64,000 nucleotides of DNA from Pelagibacteraceae bacterium AG-359-O02 (GTDB lineage: Bacteria > Pseudomonadota > Alphaproteobacteria > Pelagibacterales > Pelagibacteraceae). Shown here one piece after another: positions 22,695-32,484 of this stretch. The translations under genes and the position numbers were made by a program. The stretch lies in assembly GCA_003280485.1 (NCBI GenBank), contig QCEU01000004.1, positions 16,436 through 80,435 of the forward strand, given 5' to 3'. The notes under the pieces were generated by a model. The model saw only the letters and a program-made list of their open reading frames with translations. It did not search any database and was not told the origin of the DNA. How positions within the stretch are numbered: position 1 is the stretch's first letter; the number at the start of each line of letters is the position of its first letter.

Positions 22695-23225
22695 ATGGAC
22701 TCATTTGAAATTAATAAAATTATAGCAGCGGTGGTGGTAATTTTTGTTGTTATATTTGGAATTACTAAAATTTCAGACATTATCTATTACGTAGAGAAAC
22801 CAAGTCAATCAGCTTATAAAGTTGAATTTGCTGAAACAGATAGTACCAAATCTTCTACGGCAGTTAAAACAGTTGATATATCTGCTCTATTAGCCATGGG
22901 AAGTGTTGATCATGGAAAGAAGGTTTTTAAAAAATGTAGTGCATGTCATTCGATTAAAAAGGGTGGAAGAAACAATATTGGCCCAGCGCTTTATAATGTT
23001 CTAGGTAGAAATATGGGTGCTCTGGAAGATTACAAATATTCAAAAGCCTTAATAGCATTTGGAAAAGATTGGACATTCCAAGAAATGAATAGTTTTTTAA
23101 TAAAACCCGCTTCATATATAAAGGGTACCAAAATGGCTTTCGCAGGATTAAAAAAAGAGAAAGATAGAGCCTCTGTAATTCTATATATGAATGCTAATGC
23201 TGATAGTCCTTTACAACTACCTTAG
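22695..23225 (+). CDS. cycM: Membrane-anchored cytochrome c (CycM/c2 family)
   Basis: MDSFEINK N-terminal TM, CSACH heme motif, GTKMAFAG. Confidence 0.92.
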   Translation: MDSFEINKIIAAVVVIFVVIFGITKISDIIYYVEKPSQSAYKVEFAETDSTKSSTAVKTVDISALLAMGSVDHGKKVFKKCSACHSIKKGGRNNIGPALYNVLGRNMGALEDYKYSKALIAFGKDWTFQEMNSFLIKPASYIKGTKMAFAGLKKEKDRASVILYMNANADSPLQLP

Positions 23226-24149
23226 TTTACCAAAACAATATAATAAAATACTCTTTTGAACATAAACTCTGTTTAGAGCTTGTTGCCATACTTTAGATTG
23301 TTTCCCAAGAAATACTTCTTCTGTAACTTCATTTCCTCTTGGTAGACAATGTAAAAATATTGCGTCTTTCTTGGCTAAATTCATAGTTTTTGTATCAACT
23401 TTAAAATTTTTAAATGATTTAAGTTTCTTTTTCTTATTCACTTTATCGTTTAAAGAAATGATTTTATCTGTCATTACAACATCAGAATTTTTGATAGCTA
23501 TTTCTTTTTTATTAAAAATTTTTATTTTTCCTTTTTGTTTTTTTATCAAAGAAATAAGCTTTTTATTTGGCTGATAGCTTTTTGGGCAAGCAATATTTAG
23601 GTAAACAGAGAATTTTATACAAGCTTCTACTAAGCTGTTCATCATATTGTTATTAGCATCTCCTATCCAACATAGTTTTAATTTTGAAATACTTTTATTT
23701 TTAATTTCTTGAATAGTAAAAATATCTGACAAAACCTGAGTGGGATGTGAGGATGGACTTAATCCATTAATTATTGGTATACTTGAATATTTTTTGAATT
23801 GATCTAATTTTTTATCTGAATCTGTTCTCAACATAAAAGCATTACCATAAGTTGACAAGATTTTAGATGTATCTGCTATACTTTCACTACCAATACCTAA
23901 GTGTAACTCCTCTGGTCTTAACGTTAAAGATCCTCCACCTAATTGTTTAATAGCCAAATAAAAACTTAATCTAGTTCTAAGGCTAGATTTTTCAAACATC
24001 TGTAAGAGAATTTTTCCCTTTAAAGGTGTGTCTTTGTCTGGATCAAGGGTATTTAATTTTTTTCTTTTTGATTTTCTATATTTGGCATCTGAAATAATTT
24101 TTTTTAAATCTTTTAGGGGAATATCTCTAATATGAAGAAAGTTATTCAT
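23217..24149 (-). CDS. argF: Ornithine carbamoyltransferase (variant motifs)
   Basis: FEKSSLRTR, HPTQ, FLHCLP; downstream of argD. Confidence 0.9.
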   Translation of the reverse strand: MNNFLHIRDIPLKDLKKIISDAKYRKSKRKKLNTLDPDKDTPLKGKILLQMFEKSSLRTRLSFYLAIKQLGGGSLTLRPEELHLGIGSESIADTSKILSTYGNAFMLRTDSDKKLDQFKKYSSIPIINGLSPSSHPTQVLSDIFTIQEIKNKSISKLKLCWIGDANNNMMNSLVEACIKFSVYLNIACPKSYQPNKKLISLIKKQKGKIKIFNKKEIAIKNSDVVMTDKIISLNDKVNKKKKLKSFKNFKVDTKTMNLAKKDAIFLHCLPRGNEVTEEVFLGKQSKVWQQALNRVYVQKSILLYCFGKLR

Positions 24150-25318
24150 TGTTTTTTATACCCTTCACAAACTTTATTGATAATTTTTAAAGCTATATTT
24201 ATTTCATTTTTATTAACATTTAATGGAGGCAAAATTCTTATAACATTTTCAGCTGCTCTAATTGTTAATAATTTATTTTTCATTAAACTTTGTATAAATT
24301 TTGACTGATCATGATATAACTGCATTCCTAAAATTAATCCTGTTCCTCTTATTTCTTTAATAATATTTGGGAATTTATTTTTAATTTTATTTAATTCTGA
24401 AATAAAATATTTTGAATTACTTTTAACTTTAGAAAGAAAGCCTTTTTTAAAAATTTCGTCCATTACAGCATTTCCAACAGACATTGCTAAAGGGTTTCCG
24501 CCGAAAGTAGATCCATGTGTACCTGGAACCATAGCCTTAGAAACTTTTTTTGTCATTAACACTGCACCTATTGGGAACCCACCTCCAATTCCTTTTGCAA
24601 TTGGAACTATATCTGGCTTTATATTTGCATATTCATATGAAAAAAACTTACCTGATCTCCCAATTCCACACTGAACTTCGTCTAAAATAAGAAGAATTTT
24701 TTTTTGATTGCAAATCTTTCTCAATTCTTTGAGACACCATGAAGGAACTACTTTAATGCCTCCCTCGCCCATTATTGGTTCAATCATTATAGCCGCTGTT
24801 TTTCTTGTAATTTTTCTTTTTAATTCTTTATGGTTCCCAAATTTAAAATGGTCAAATCCACCCACTTTTGGCCCAAATCCCTCTAACATTTTTTTTGATC
24901 CACTTGCATTTATTGCTGCAATAGTTCTCCCATGAAAAGAATTTTTTATACATAGAATTCTATTTTTTTTCTTTTTACCTAAAGAATAAAAATATCTTCT
25001 AGCAACCTTTATGGCAGCTTCAGTGGCTTCTGCTCCACTATTTTGAAAAATAACAGCATCTGCGAAAGTTTTATTTGTTAGTTTTTTAGCTAATTCCTCT
25101 CCTTCTGGAATTATAAAAGAATTAGAAACATGCCAAAGTTTTTTTGATTGTTTATTAATTGCTTTTACTAAATTTGGGTTTGCATGACCTAAAGAATTTA
25201 CAGCAATTCCTTGTACAAAATCTAAATACTTTATTCCTCTTTTAGTATACAAAAAAGATCCTTTACCTTTATTGAAAGATAGATTTCTTCTTTTATAGTT
25301 TTTAGCTAAAGAACTCAT
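24146..25318 (-). CDS. argD: Acetylornithine aminotransferase
   Basis: NSGAEATE, SFHGRT, LDEVQCGIGRSG, AKGIGGGFP, HGSTFGGNP. Confidence 0.96.
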   Translation of the reverse strand: MSSLAKNYKRRNLSFNKGKGSFLYTKRGIKYLDFVQGIAVNSLGHANPNLVKAINKQSKKLWHVSNSFIIPEGEELAKKLTNKTFADAVIFQNSGAEATEAAIKVARRYFYSLGKKKKNRILCIKNSFHGRTIAAINASGSKKMLEGFGPKVGGFDHFKFGNHKELKRKITRKTAAIMIEPIMGEGGIKVVPSWCLKELRKICNQKKILLILDEVQCGIGRSGKFFSYEYANIKPDIVPIAKGIGGGFPIGAVLMTKKVSKAMVPGTHGSTFGGNPLAMSVGNAVMDEIFKKGFLSKVKSNSKYFISELNKIKNKFPNIIKEIRGTGLILGMQLYHDQSKFIQSLMKNKLLTIRAAENVIRILPPLNVNKNEINIALKIINKVCEGYKKQ

Positions 25319-25324
25319 ATTTTA

Positions 25325-26137
25325 CTATGATTTAATTTTATAACCTTTATGAACTAGAAAGTATGCAAAATAAGTAATAACTAAACTTAAAAAAGTTAGC
25401 AATGCAATACCGAATGTTAATGATCCATCTAATTGACCAATAAATGAATATCTAAATCCATCTATCATATGAAAAAAAGGATTGTAATTACTCAGCACTT
25501 TTAAAAAATTAGGCAATCTATCGATACTATAAAAAGTACCGCTTAAAAAGCTTAAGGGTACAATTATAAAATTTGTAACAGTACTCATTTGATCAAATTT
25601 ATCTGCGTATAGACCGACTATTATTCCAAGTGAACCCATAAATAAGCCACCCAAAAATAAATAAATAAACCATAAAAGAAAATTTTGAATTGATAAATCT
25701 ATTAAAAAAATAAATATCAAAGTTGAGGCTGAAGCAATCAATAAACCTCTAGCTGCAGACGCAAACGTTATTGCAAATACTACTTCTGATGAAGACAAGG
25801 GACTATGAACAACATCAGTAATTGTACCCATCATCTTTCCCATCATTAATGAAGAGCTAGAATGAGCAAAACTTTGTTGAATTACTTGCATCATTATTAG
25901 ACCACTAGCTAAAAATTTTATATATGGAACGCCTAATACGTCGGTTTTCTGATCACCAATAGCTAAAGAAATTACTGTTAAAAATAATATACTGGTTAGT
26001 ATTGGACCAAACAAAGTCTGTCCTGAGACTGTTAAAAATCTTAGAACTTCTTTTTTAAATAAAGAGTAAGTACCAACCCAATTTACAAGTCCAAATCTTC
26101 TGGTTCCTATTTGATATTTTTTTTGTAATTCAACCAT
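25325..26137 (-). CDS. ABC-2 type transporter permease (YadH-like)
   Basis: KEVLRF, six hydrophobic segments, PLSFLSGTFYSI, NPFFHMIDGFRY. Confidence 0.9.
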   Translation of the reverse strand: MVELQKKYQIGTRRFGLVNWVGTYSLFKKEVLRFLTVSGQTLFGPILTSILFLTVISLAIGDQKTDVLGVPYIKFLASGLIMMQVIQQSFAHSSSSLMMGKMMGTITDVVHSPLSSSEVVFAITFASAARGLLIASASTLIFIFLIDLSIQNFLLWFIYLFLGGLFMGSLGIIVGLYADKFDQMSTVTNFIIVPLSFLSGTFYSIDRLPNFLKVLSNYNPFFHMIDGFRYSFIGQLDGSLTFGIALLTFLSLVITYFAYFLVHKGYKIKS

Positions 26138-26265
26138 AAGTAATTATTAATAAACTTTTTTTTCAATAATTGTTAAAAAAGGAGAGAAAAAGCTTGTTAT
26201 AAGCTTCTAATTGTGATTTCAAGATAGTGTTGTAAAAATATTATAAAACACTAAATATAGTAAAT

Positions 26266-26763
26266 ATGAGCTGGACAGATGAAAAAGTTAACAAGCTTAA
26301 GGATCTATGGGGTAAAGGACAAACGGCAAGCCAAATAGCTCAAATTATTGGGGGTGTAAGCAGAAATGCAGTAATTGGAAAAGCTCATAGACTAAACTTG
26401 TCAGCGAAGATAAAAACTAGAACGACAATATCTAGTAATAATCTTGTAGCTTCATCATCCACTAATAATGTTTTAAAAAAAGGAAGTAGAAAGCAAAAAT
26501 TTAGATCATTACTGTTAGATAAAAACTTTGAGCCAGCAAGGAACCTTCAATTAGAAGAATTAAACGAACACACTTGTAAATATATGGAGGGACATCCAGA
26601 TGATAGTGTCTCATCATTTTGTGGAAGAAAAACAGTAGAAAAATTTTCTTATTGTCCTCTACACTTGATGATGGTCTTTCAACCAAAAGGTAAAAAAGAT
26701 GAAATTGTAGATAAGGATGATGAAGTTCCAAAGTTTGTAGAAAAAAATGTAAAATCTGCGTAG
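26266..26763 (+). CDS. gcrA: GcrA cell-cycle regulator
   Basis: MSWTDEKV..LKDLW..G.TASQIA..IGGVSRNAVIGKAHRL; C-terminal C..G.P...FCG...YC. Confidence 0.96.
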   Translation: MSWTDEKVNKLKDLWGKGQTASQIAQIIGGVSRNAVIGKAHRLNLSAKIKTRTTISSNNLVASSSTNNVLKKGSRKQKFRSLLLDKNFEPARNLQLEELNEHTCKYMEGHPDDSVSSFCGRKTVEKFSYCPLHLMMVFQPKGKKDEIVDKDDEVPKFVEKNVKSA

Positions 26764-26764
26764 A

Positions 26765-27019
26765 TTATTTTAATAATTTATCCTTAGCTTTTTTAAACTC
26801 CTCATCGTTCAATACACCCTTATCATGTAAATTTTTTAGCTCTTTAATTTGATCTATAATTTCTAAACTTTGAATTTCACTTTCTTTGTTCAATTCTAAA
26901 TTTTTTTCTTCTTTAATAACTTGTTTGGCTTCTACTCCTCTTGTAATTGCCTTAACAGCAATTGATAAAACAAAGGCTAAAATTACAAAGACGGTTAAAT
27001 ATATAATATTTGCTAACAT
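26765..27019 (-). CDS. Small membrane protein with SHOCT domain
   Basis: N-terminal TM; C-terminal IKELKNLHDKGVLNDEEFKKAKDKLL. Confidence 0.85.
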   Translation of the reverse strand: MLANIIYLTVFVILAFVLSIAVKAITRGVEAKQVIKEEKNLELNKESEIQSLEIIDQIKELKNLHDKGVLNDEEFKKAKDKLLK

Positions 27020-27984
27020 TACTTAACTTTTGAAATTCTTTTTTTCGAAAATTGACCACCAGTAGTCCAATTGAAACTATAACGGTTTATTTCATCTTCA
27101 AATTTTCTGTCTGCTTTCATCTTAAAATCGAAATTTGTTTTGTATTTCTTCGAAACAATATTATCATATTTCAATAACTTCAATTGGTCTATCGTTAATA
27201 ATGGTTTGGGCATTAATTGAAATAGTTTAGCATTTAATTTGGCAAATGATAAAGGTACAGGGATTAAAAATCTTTTTTTATTTATTGATTTTAATATTTT
27301 TAAAAGTATTTCTTTAAAAGTTAAGACTTCGGGTCCAATACATTCGATAGTTTCACCTATAATTTTTTTTTGAACTATTTCAAAAATAATGTTTGTAAGG
27401 TCAGACACATGAATAGGAGTAAATTTAGTTTGACCACCATAGTACAGAGGCATAAATGGGAGGAAGTTCAACAACCTCATAAAATTTGTTGTAAAATTAT
27501 CATCTACTGAATAAACTATAGAGGGTTTTAAAATAACTGCATTATTAAAATTTTGTTTTACATATTTCTCACCATCTAATTTACTCATTGCATATTTACT
27601 ATCTTTAGCTAACTCAATTCCTAATGCAGATATATGAATAAATTGTTTAAGTGAGTGTTTAAGTGCTAGTTTTGAAAGCAAGAAGGGTAAATCGGAATGC
27701 AGTAAATTAAAGTGATTATTTTTTTTTTCAAATAAAATACCTATTAAATTTATACATACAGATGATCTTTCCATCAATTTTGATATGCTCGTCTCATTAA
27801 ATGATTTAATCTCCTCAAGTTCTAAATATCCATAATTTGACTGTGTTTTAATTTGATAACCTTTTTGGTGAATACTCCTTGTTACTGCAATTACTTTATA
27901 GTTATTTTTTGTAAATTTTCTGATTAAGGCTTTTCCGATCTGTCCAGACGAACCAAATATTAAAATTGAATCCTGATTTTTCAT
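27019..27984 (-). CDS. Complex I NDUFA9-like NAD-dependent epimerase/SDR (start corrected to ATG 27984)
   Basis: IFGSSGQIG Rossmann motif, INLIGIL, SKYAMSK. The longer track start would overlap rnd. Confidence 0.9.
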   Translation of the reverse strand: MKNQDSILIFGSSGQIGKALIRKFTKNNYKVIAVTRSIHQKGYQIKTQSNYGYLELEEIKSFNETSISKLMERSSVCINLIGILFEKKNNHFNLLHSDLPFLLSKLALKHSLKQFIHISALGIELAKDSKYAMSKLDGEKYVKQNFNNAVILKPSIVYSVDDNFTTNFMRLLNFLPFMPLYYGGQTKFTPIHVSDLTNIIFEIVQKKIIGETIECIGPEVLTFKEILLKILKSINKKRFLIPVPLSFAKLNAKLFQLMPKPLLTIDQLKLLKYDNIVSKKYKTNFDFKMKADRKFEDEINRYSFNWTTGGQFSKKRISKVK

Positions 27985-28000
27985 ATATATATATCTATTA

Positions 28001-28612
28001 ATGAATTTAGATATTAAATTACATAAAAAAGATTTACCAGATGAAATAGTGTTCAGTGACAAGATTGCAATAGATTGTGAATTTACTGGACTAAATATTG
28101 AGAGAGATAGACTGTGTTTGTTACAAATATCTTCTGGAAAAAATGATGCACATATAATTCAATTTGATAAAGAAAACTATAATGCACCGAATTTAAAAAA
28201 AACTTTAGGAAATAAAAAAATTAGTAAATTATTCCATTTCGCTAGGGCAGACCTTTTATTTATAAAAAAATACCTAGGTGTTGATATTCAAAATGTAAAT
28301 TGTACTAAAATTATGAGTAAAATTGCTAGAAGTTATTCCGATAGACACGGACTAAAAGATTTAATTAAAGAATTCATAGGTATTGATGTGAGCAAGCAAT
28401 TGCAATCTTCTGATTTTGGAGGTGAATTGTCAGAGAAACAATTAAAATATTGTGCACAGGACGTAATTTACTTACATGAAATATATGATTCATTGAAAAA
28501 AATTCTAGAGAGAGAAAATAGAATTGAAATTTATGAGAAGACCATTAAATTTATAAATACTAGAGTTGATTTAGACTTTGCGTCTTTTAAAGATGATATT
28601 TGGTCCCATTAA
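28001..28612 (+). CDS. rnd: Ribonuclease D-like 3'-5' exonuclease
   Basis: AIDCEFTGL...RDRLCLLQ, FHFARAD, YCAQDV (DEDDy). Confidence 0.92.
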   Translation: MNLDIKLHKKDLPDEIVFSDKIAIDCEFTGLNIERDRLCLLQISSGKNDAHIIQFDKENYNAPNLKKTLGNKKISKLFHFARADLLFIKKYLGVDIQNVNCTKIMSKIARSYSDRHGLKDLIKEFIGIDVSKQLQSSDFGGELSEKQLKYCAQDVIYLHEIYDSLKKILERENRIEIYEKTIKFINTRVDLDFASFKDDIWSH

Positions 28613-28613
28613 A

Positions 28614-29594
28614 ATGAAAGATTTGAGTTTTATTAATATTGCTAAAGAGGTTATAAAAGTTGAATATAACTCCTTAAAAAAGCTTCAATCAAGTATAGGA
28701 AATTCTTTTGAAAAACTTATCAATACAATACTTAATTGCAAAAATGGCAAAATAATTATTTCAGGTGTTGGAAAAAGTGGAATAATAGGAAGAAAATGGG
28801 CTGCAACTTTTTCATCGACTGGCACACCATCTTTTTTCTTAGATGCCTCAAATGCAAGTCATGGAGATATGGGACAGATTACATCTAATGATGTTGTTAT
28901 TTTAATTAGCTTAAGTGGTAAAAGTGCAGAACTAAAAAATATAATTCAATATACTTCTAGAAATAAAAATATTAAATTAATAGGAATAACATCTAACAAA
29001 GAATCAATTTTGTATAAAAATTCTGATATAAAGTTTTTGTTACCCACTGTTAAGGAAGCAGGACCAGATAATTTTATTCCTACATCATCTACCACAGTTC
29101 AAATTGCACTTGGAGATGCAATTGCTATTACGTGCATGAGACATAAGAAATTTGGTAAATTAGATTTTAAGAAATTTCATCCAAGTGGTTCACTTTCAGT
29201 GCAATTGAAAACGGTTGGAGATTTAATGTTAACTGGAAAGAAAATCCCCTTTGTATCAAGTAAAACAAACATGAAAATTGCTTTAGCAAAAATTACAGAG
29301 AGAGGTCTTGGTGTTTTAGTTGTAAGAAATAGTCTTAATAAAACTGTAGGAATTTTGACTGATGGAGATATCAAAAGATTATCTAATGATAAATCAAATT
29401 TTCGTGATTTAAAAATAATGAAGGTTATGACTAGAAATCCAGTGAGTGTAGATAAAAATATGCTTGCTGCCCATGCACTCTCATTGATGAACACAAAAAA
29501 AATTACAAGCTTATGTGTTCATAATAATAAATCAAAAAATAGCGTTATTGGATTTATTCATATTCATGATATTTTAAATGCAAATATAACTTAA
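28614..29594 (+). CDS. kdsD: Arabinose-5-phosphate isomerase KdsD/KpsF (SIS plus CBS; start corrected to ATG 28614)
   Basis: SGVGKSG, ASHGDMG, PTSSTT, FHPSGSL, paired CBS domains. Confidence 0.95.
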   Translation: MKDLSFINIAKEVIKVEYNSLKKLQSSIGNSFEKLINTILNCKNGKIIISGVGKSGIIGRKWAATFSSTGTPSFFLDASNASHGDMGQITSNDVVILISLSGKSAELKNIIQYTSRNKNIKLIGITSNKESILYKNSDIKFLLPTVKEAGPDNFIPTSSTTVQIALGDAIAITCMRHKKFGKLDFKKFHPSGSLSVQLKTVGDLMLTGKKIPFVSSKTNMKIALAKITERGLGVLVVRNSLNKTVGILTDGDIKRLSNDKSNFRDLKIMKVMTRNPVSVDKNMLAAHALSLMNTKKITSLCVHNNKSKNSVIGFIHIHDILNANIT

Positions 29595-30368
29595 ATGTCA
29601 ATTAAGTCTTTATTTCAGATTCTAATTATATGTTTTATAATTTTAATTGTCGGCAGTGTTTATATTAAATATTTTAATAATAATCAGAATATTATTCAGG
29701 AAACTACCGCTTCAGAAAATAGTAATCTTGAGCAAATTAAAGAGCTTGAAAAAAAATTATTAAATTTAGAAATTAAAAACCAAGAATTAAATAATAAGAT
29801 TCAAAGCAATAATAGCAAAGATTTATTGACAGAAAAAAAGGTAGAAGTTGAAGATAAAGAGATAATAAAGATGAAAATTAAAACTAGCGATAACAATATT
29901 AAAAATGAAAAGAAAAAACTGGATACTAAAAAAATCAAAAACCTTGTAAAGGATGTTGAATATACTTCTGTAGATGAAAAAGGAAATAGATTTTATCTTT
30001 TAGCAAATTCTGGAAAATCAAATCCAGATAACAATGATATTTTGGATTTAGATAATGTAAGAGGTAAAATTATGTCAGATAAAAGAGATACTATCTATAT
30101 TGTATCAGATTATGCCCAATACAATAGTATTAATTTAAATTCAAAGTTTTATGAAAATGTAATAATAAACTATCAAGACAAAAAAATTAATTGTTTTAAT
30201 TTTGATATAAATATGGATACAAATAAAGCTATAGCTTACAACAACGTAATAATAACTGATACAAAGTCTACAATGAGGGCTGGAATAGTTGAATTTGACT
30301 TGAAAACCAAAAATATAGTTATAAATCCTGAAAACACTAATTCAGATATTAAAGTTGTCACAAACTAA
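29595..30368 (+). CDS. LptC-like LPS transport protein with long coiled-coil linker
   Basis: N-terminal TM, coiled-coil, C-terminal beta-rich domain (VEYTSVDEKGNRFYLLA); kdsD-[X]-lptB position. Confidence 0.7.
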   Translation: MSIKSLFQILIICFIILIVGSVYIKYFNNNQNIIQETTASENSNLEQIKELEKKLLNLEIKNQELNNKIQSNNSKDLLTEKKVEVEDKEIIKMKIKTSDNNIKNEKKKLDTKKIKNLVKDVEYTSVDEKGNRFYLLANSGKSNPDNNDILDLDNVRGKIMSDKRDTIYIVSDYAQYNSINLNSKFYENVIINYQDKKINCFNFDINMDTNKAIAYNNVIITDTKSTMRAGIVEFDLKTKNIVINPENTNSDIKVVTN

Positions 30369-30374
30369 ATTATA

Positions 30375-31151
30375 ATGGCACTAATAAAAAAATTCAGAAT
30401 TAAAAGTTTTAAAAAACAAGAACAAATACTAAAGCTGAATAAGATATCGATGTTCTATAACAAACGACAAATTTTAAACAACCTAAATCTAGAAATAAAT
30501 AAACAAGAAATTCTTGGTATGCTAGGACCTAATGGTGTTGGAAAGTCTACAATTTTCCATATTATCACAGGCTTGAAAGATCCTAGTTTTGGAAAAGTAT
30601 TAATAAATGGAATTGATTGTACAAATATTCCAATTTATGAGAGGGCTTCAAAATTTAAAATAGGATATGTTCCTCAGCATGGAGGATTTATTCAAGACTT
30701 AACTTTAATGGAAAATTTAAAGTTAGTAGGTGAAATTCATATTAAAGACAAGCATTTAAGAAATGAAAAAATTGAAAAAGTAATATCACAATTTGAGTTC
30801 GATCCTTTACTAAAAATTAAAGGTAAATATTTATCAGGAGGCCAAAAAAAAAAATTAGTTATTGCAATGACATTAATAAATGACCCTAGCATCCTTCTTT
30901 TAGATGAGCCATTCGCTGCTTTGGATATATTGACAATTAAAATGCTTCAAGAGATAATTGTCAATTTACAATCGTTAGAAAAAATTACAGTTGTTGTATG
31001 TGATCATCAAGCAAGAGATTTACTAAGTTGCGTAGATAGGGCAATAGTACTATCTGATGGTAAAATTATTGCAACTGGTAGTCCAGACGAAATCATTAAA
31101 GATACTAATGCAAGAACAGCGTATTTTGGTGACGAATTTAAGATGAACTAG
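30375..31151 (+). CDS. lptB: LPS export ABC ATPase
   Basis: GPNGVGKST, LSGGQ, LLLDEPFAALD, AYFGDEF; locus context. Confidence 0.88.
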   Translation: MALIKKFRIKSFKKQEQILKLNKISMFYNKRQILNNLNLEINKQEILGMLGPNGVGKSTIFHIITGLKDPSFGKVLINGIDCTNIPIYERASKFKIGYVPQHGGFIQDLTLMENLKLVGEIHIKDKHLRNEKIEKVISQFEFDPLLKIKGKYLSGGQKKKLVIAMTLINDPSILLLDEPFAALDILTIKMLQEIIVNLQSLEKITVVVCDHQARDLLSCVDRAIVLSDGKIIATGSPDEIIKDTNARTAYFGDEFKMN

Positions 31152-31158
31152 TTCGTTA

Positions 31159-32484
31159 ATGTCTAAACACATTTTTATAAACGAAAAAATCAACAATTTT
31201 AAAAAAAAAATAAACATTGCATCAGACAAAAGTATATCAATAAGATCAATACTTCTTGCCTCCCAAGCAGTTGGTATATCTAAAATATCAAATTTACTAG
31301 AATCAGAAGACGTATTAAACACTTTAAAAGCTATAAAAAAACTTGGAATAAATTATAAAAAAAAAGGTGGTAGTTACTTTATAAAAGGTTTTGGCGTAAA
31401 CAATTTTAGTATCAAAAAGAAAATAACAATAAACGCAGGAAATTCAGGAACATTGGCACGGTTAATATTAGGATTACTTGTTAAATCTAAATTTAGGGTC
31501 AAATTGATTGGAGACAAAAGTTTATCTAAAAGAGATTTTTCAAGGGTTATAAAGCCATTAAGACTTTTTGGTGTAAATATTCAAAGTAAAAAAAATTCTC
31601 TACCTATCGAAATTTTAGGAACAGATTATCTGAGACCAATATTGTACAATGAAAAAATTGGAAGCGCACAAGTTAAGTCATGTATTATTTTTTGTGCATT
31701 AAATACACCCGGTGTAACTCAGATCAATGCAAAAAAATCACGAAATCACACTGAACAATTATTAAGGTCTTTAAATTATCCAATAAAAGTAAATAAAATA
31801 AATAATATCGATAAAATATCTATCAGAGGACTTGGTCAATTTAAATCCTTTAAACATTTTATTCCTGGAGATATTAGCTCTGCTGCTTTTTTTATAGTCC
31901 TTACAATTTTATCAAACAAATCAGAAATGATAATTAAAAATGTAAATATAAATGAGAGCAGAATAGGAATCATTAAAATTCTTAATAGGATGGGTGCTGC
32001 TATCAAACTTAAGAATAAGAAAATCTATAAAGGAGAAAATACTGCAGATATTTTTGTTAAAAGCTCAAGAAAATTAAAAGGGATTAATTGTCCTTCATAT
32101 TTAAATAGTTCAGCAATCGATGAATTTTTAGTAATTTTTTTAGTAGCTGCAAAAGCAAGAGGGATCTCAACATTTAAAAATTTAGGTGAATTGAATAAAA
32201 AAGAAAGTCCAAGATTAGATATAGCCTTAAAGTTTCTAAAAATGATGGGAATAAAAGTGGAAAGAAAAAAAGATAATATCAAAATATATGGAAATCCGAA
32301 GTTAGAGATTACAAAAAATATTTATATAGAAAAATACCTGAAAGATCATAGAGTTTTTATGATGGCATGTATTGCAGCATTGTCTTTTGGGGGAAATTGG
32401 AAAATAGCTGATAAAGATTCTATAAATACATCATTCCCATTTTTTCTCAATATATTAAAATCCTTGGGAGCTAAAATAAATTGA
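31159..32484 (+). CDS. aroA: EPSP synthase
   Basis: DKSIS, NAGNSGT, SAQVKS, RNHTE, KES.RL, DHR. Confidence 0.95.
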   Translation: MSKHIFINEKINNFKKKINIASDKSISIRSILLASQAVGISKISNLLESEDVLNTLKAIKKLGINYKKKGGSYFIKGFGVNNFSIKKKITINAGNSGTLARLILGLLVKSKFRVKLIGDKSLSKRDFSRVIKPLRLFGVNIQSKKNSLPIEILGTDYLRPILYNEKIGSAQVKSCIIFCALNTPGVTQINAKKSRNHTEQLLRSLNYPIKVNKINNIDKISIRGLGQFKSFKHFIPGDISSAAFFIVLTILSNKSEMIIKNVNINESRIGIIKILNRMGAAIKLKNKKIYKGENTADIFVKSSRKLKGINCPSYLNSSAIDEFLVIFLVAAKARGISTFKNLGELNKKESPRLDIALKFLKMMGIKVERKKDNIKIYGNPKLEITKNIYIEKYLKDHRVFMMACIAALSFGGNWKIADKDSINTSFPFFLNILKSLGAKIN

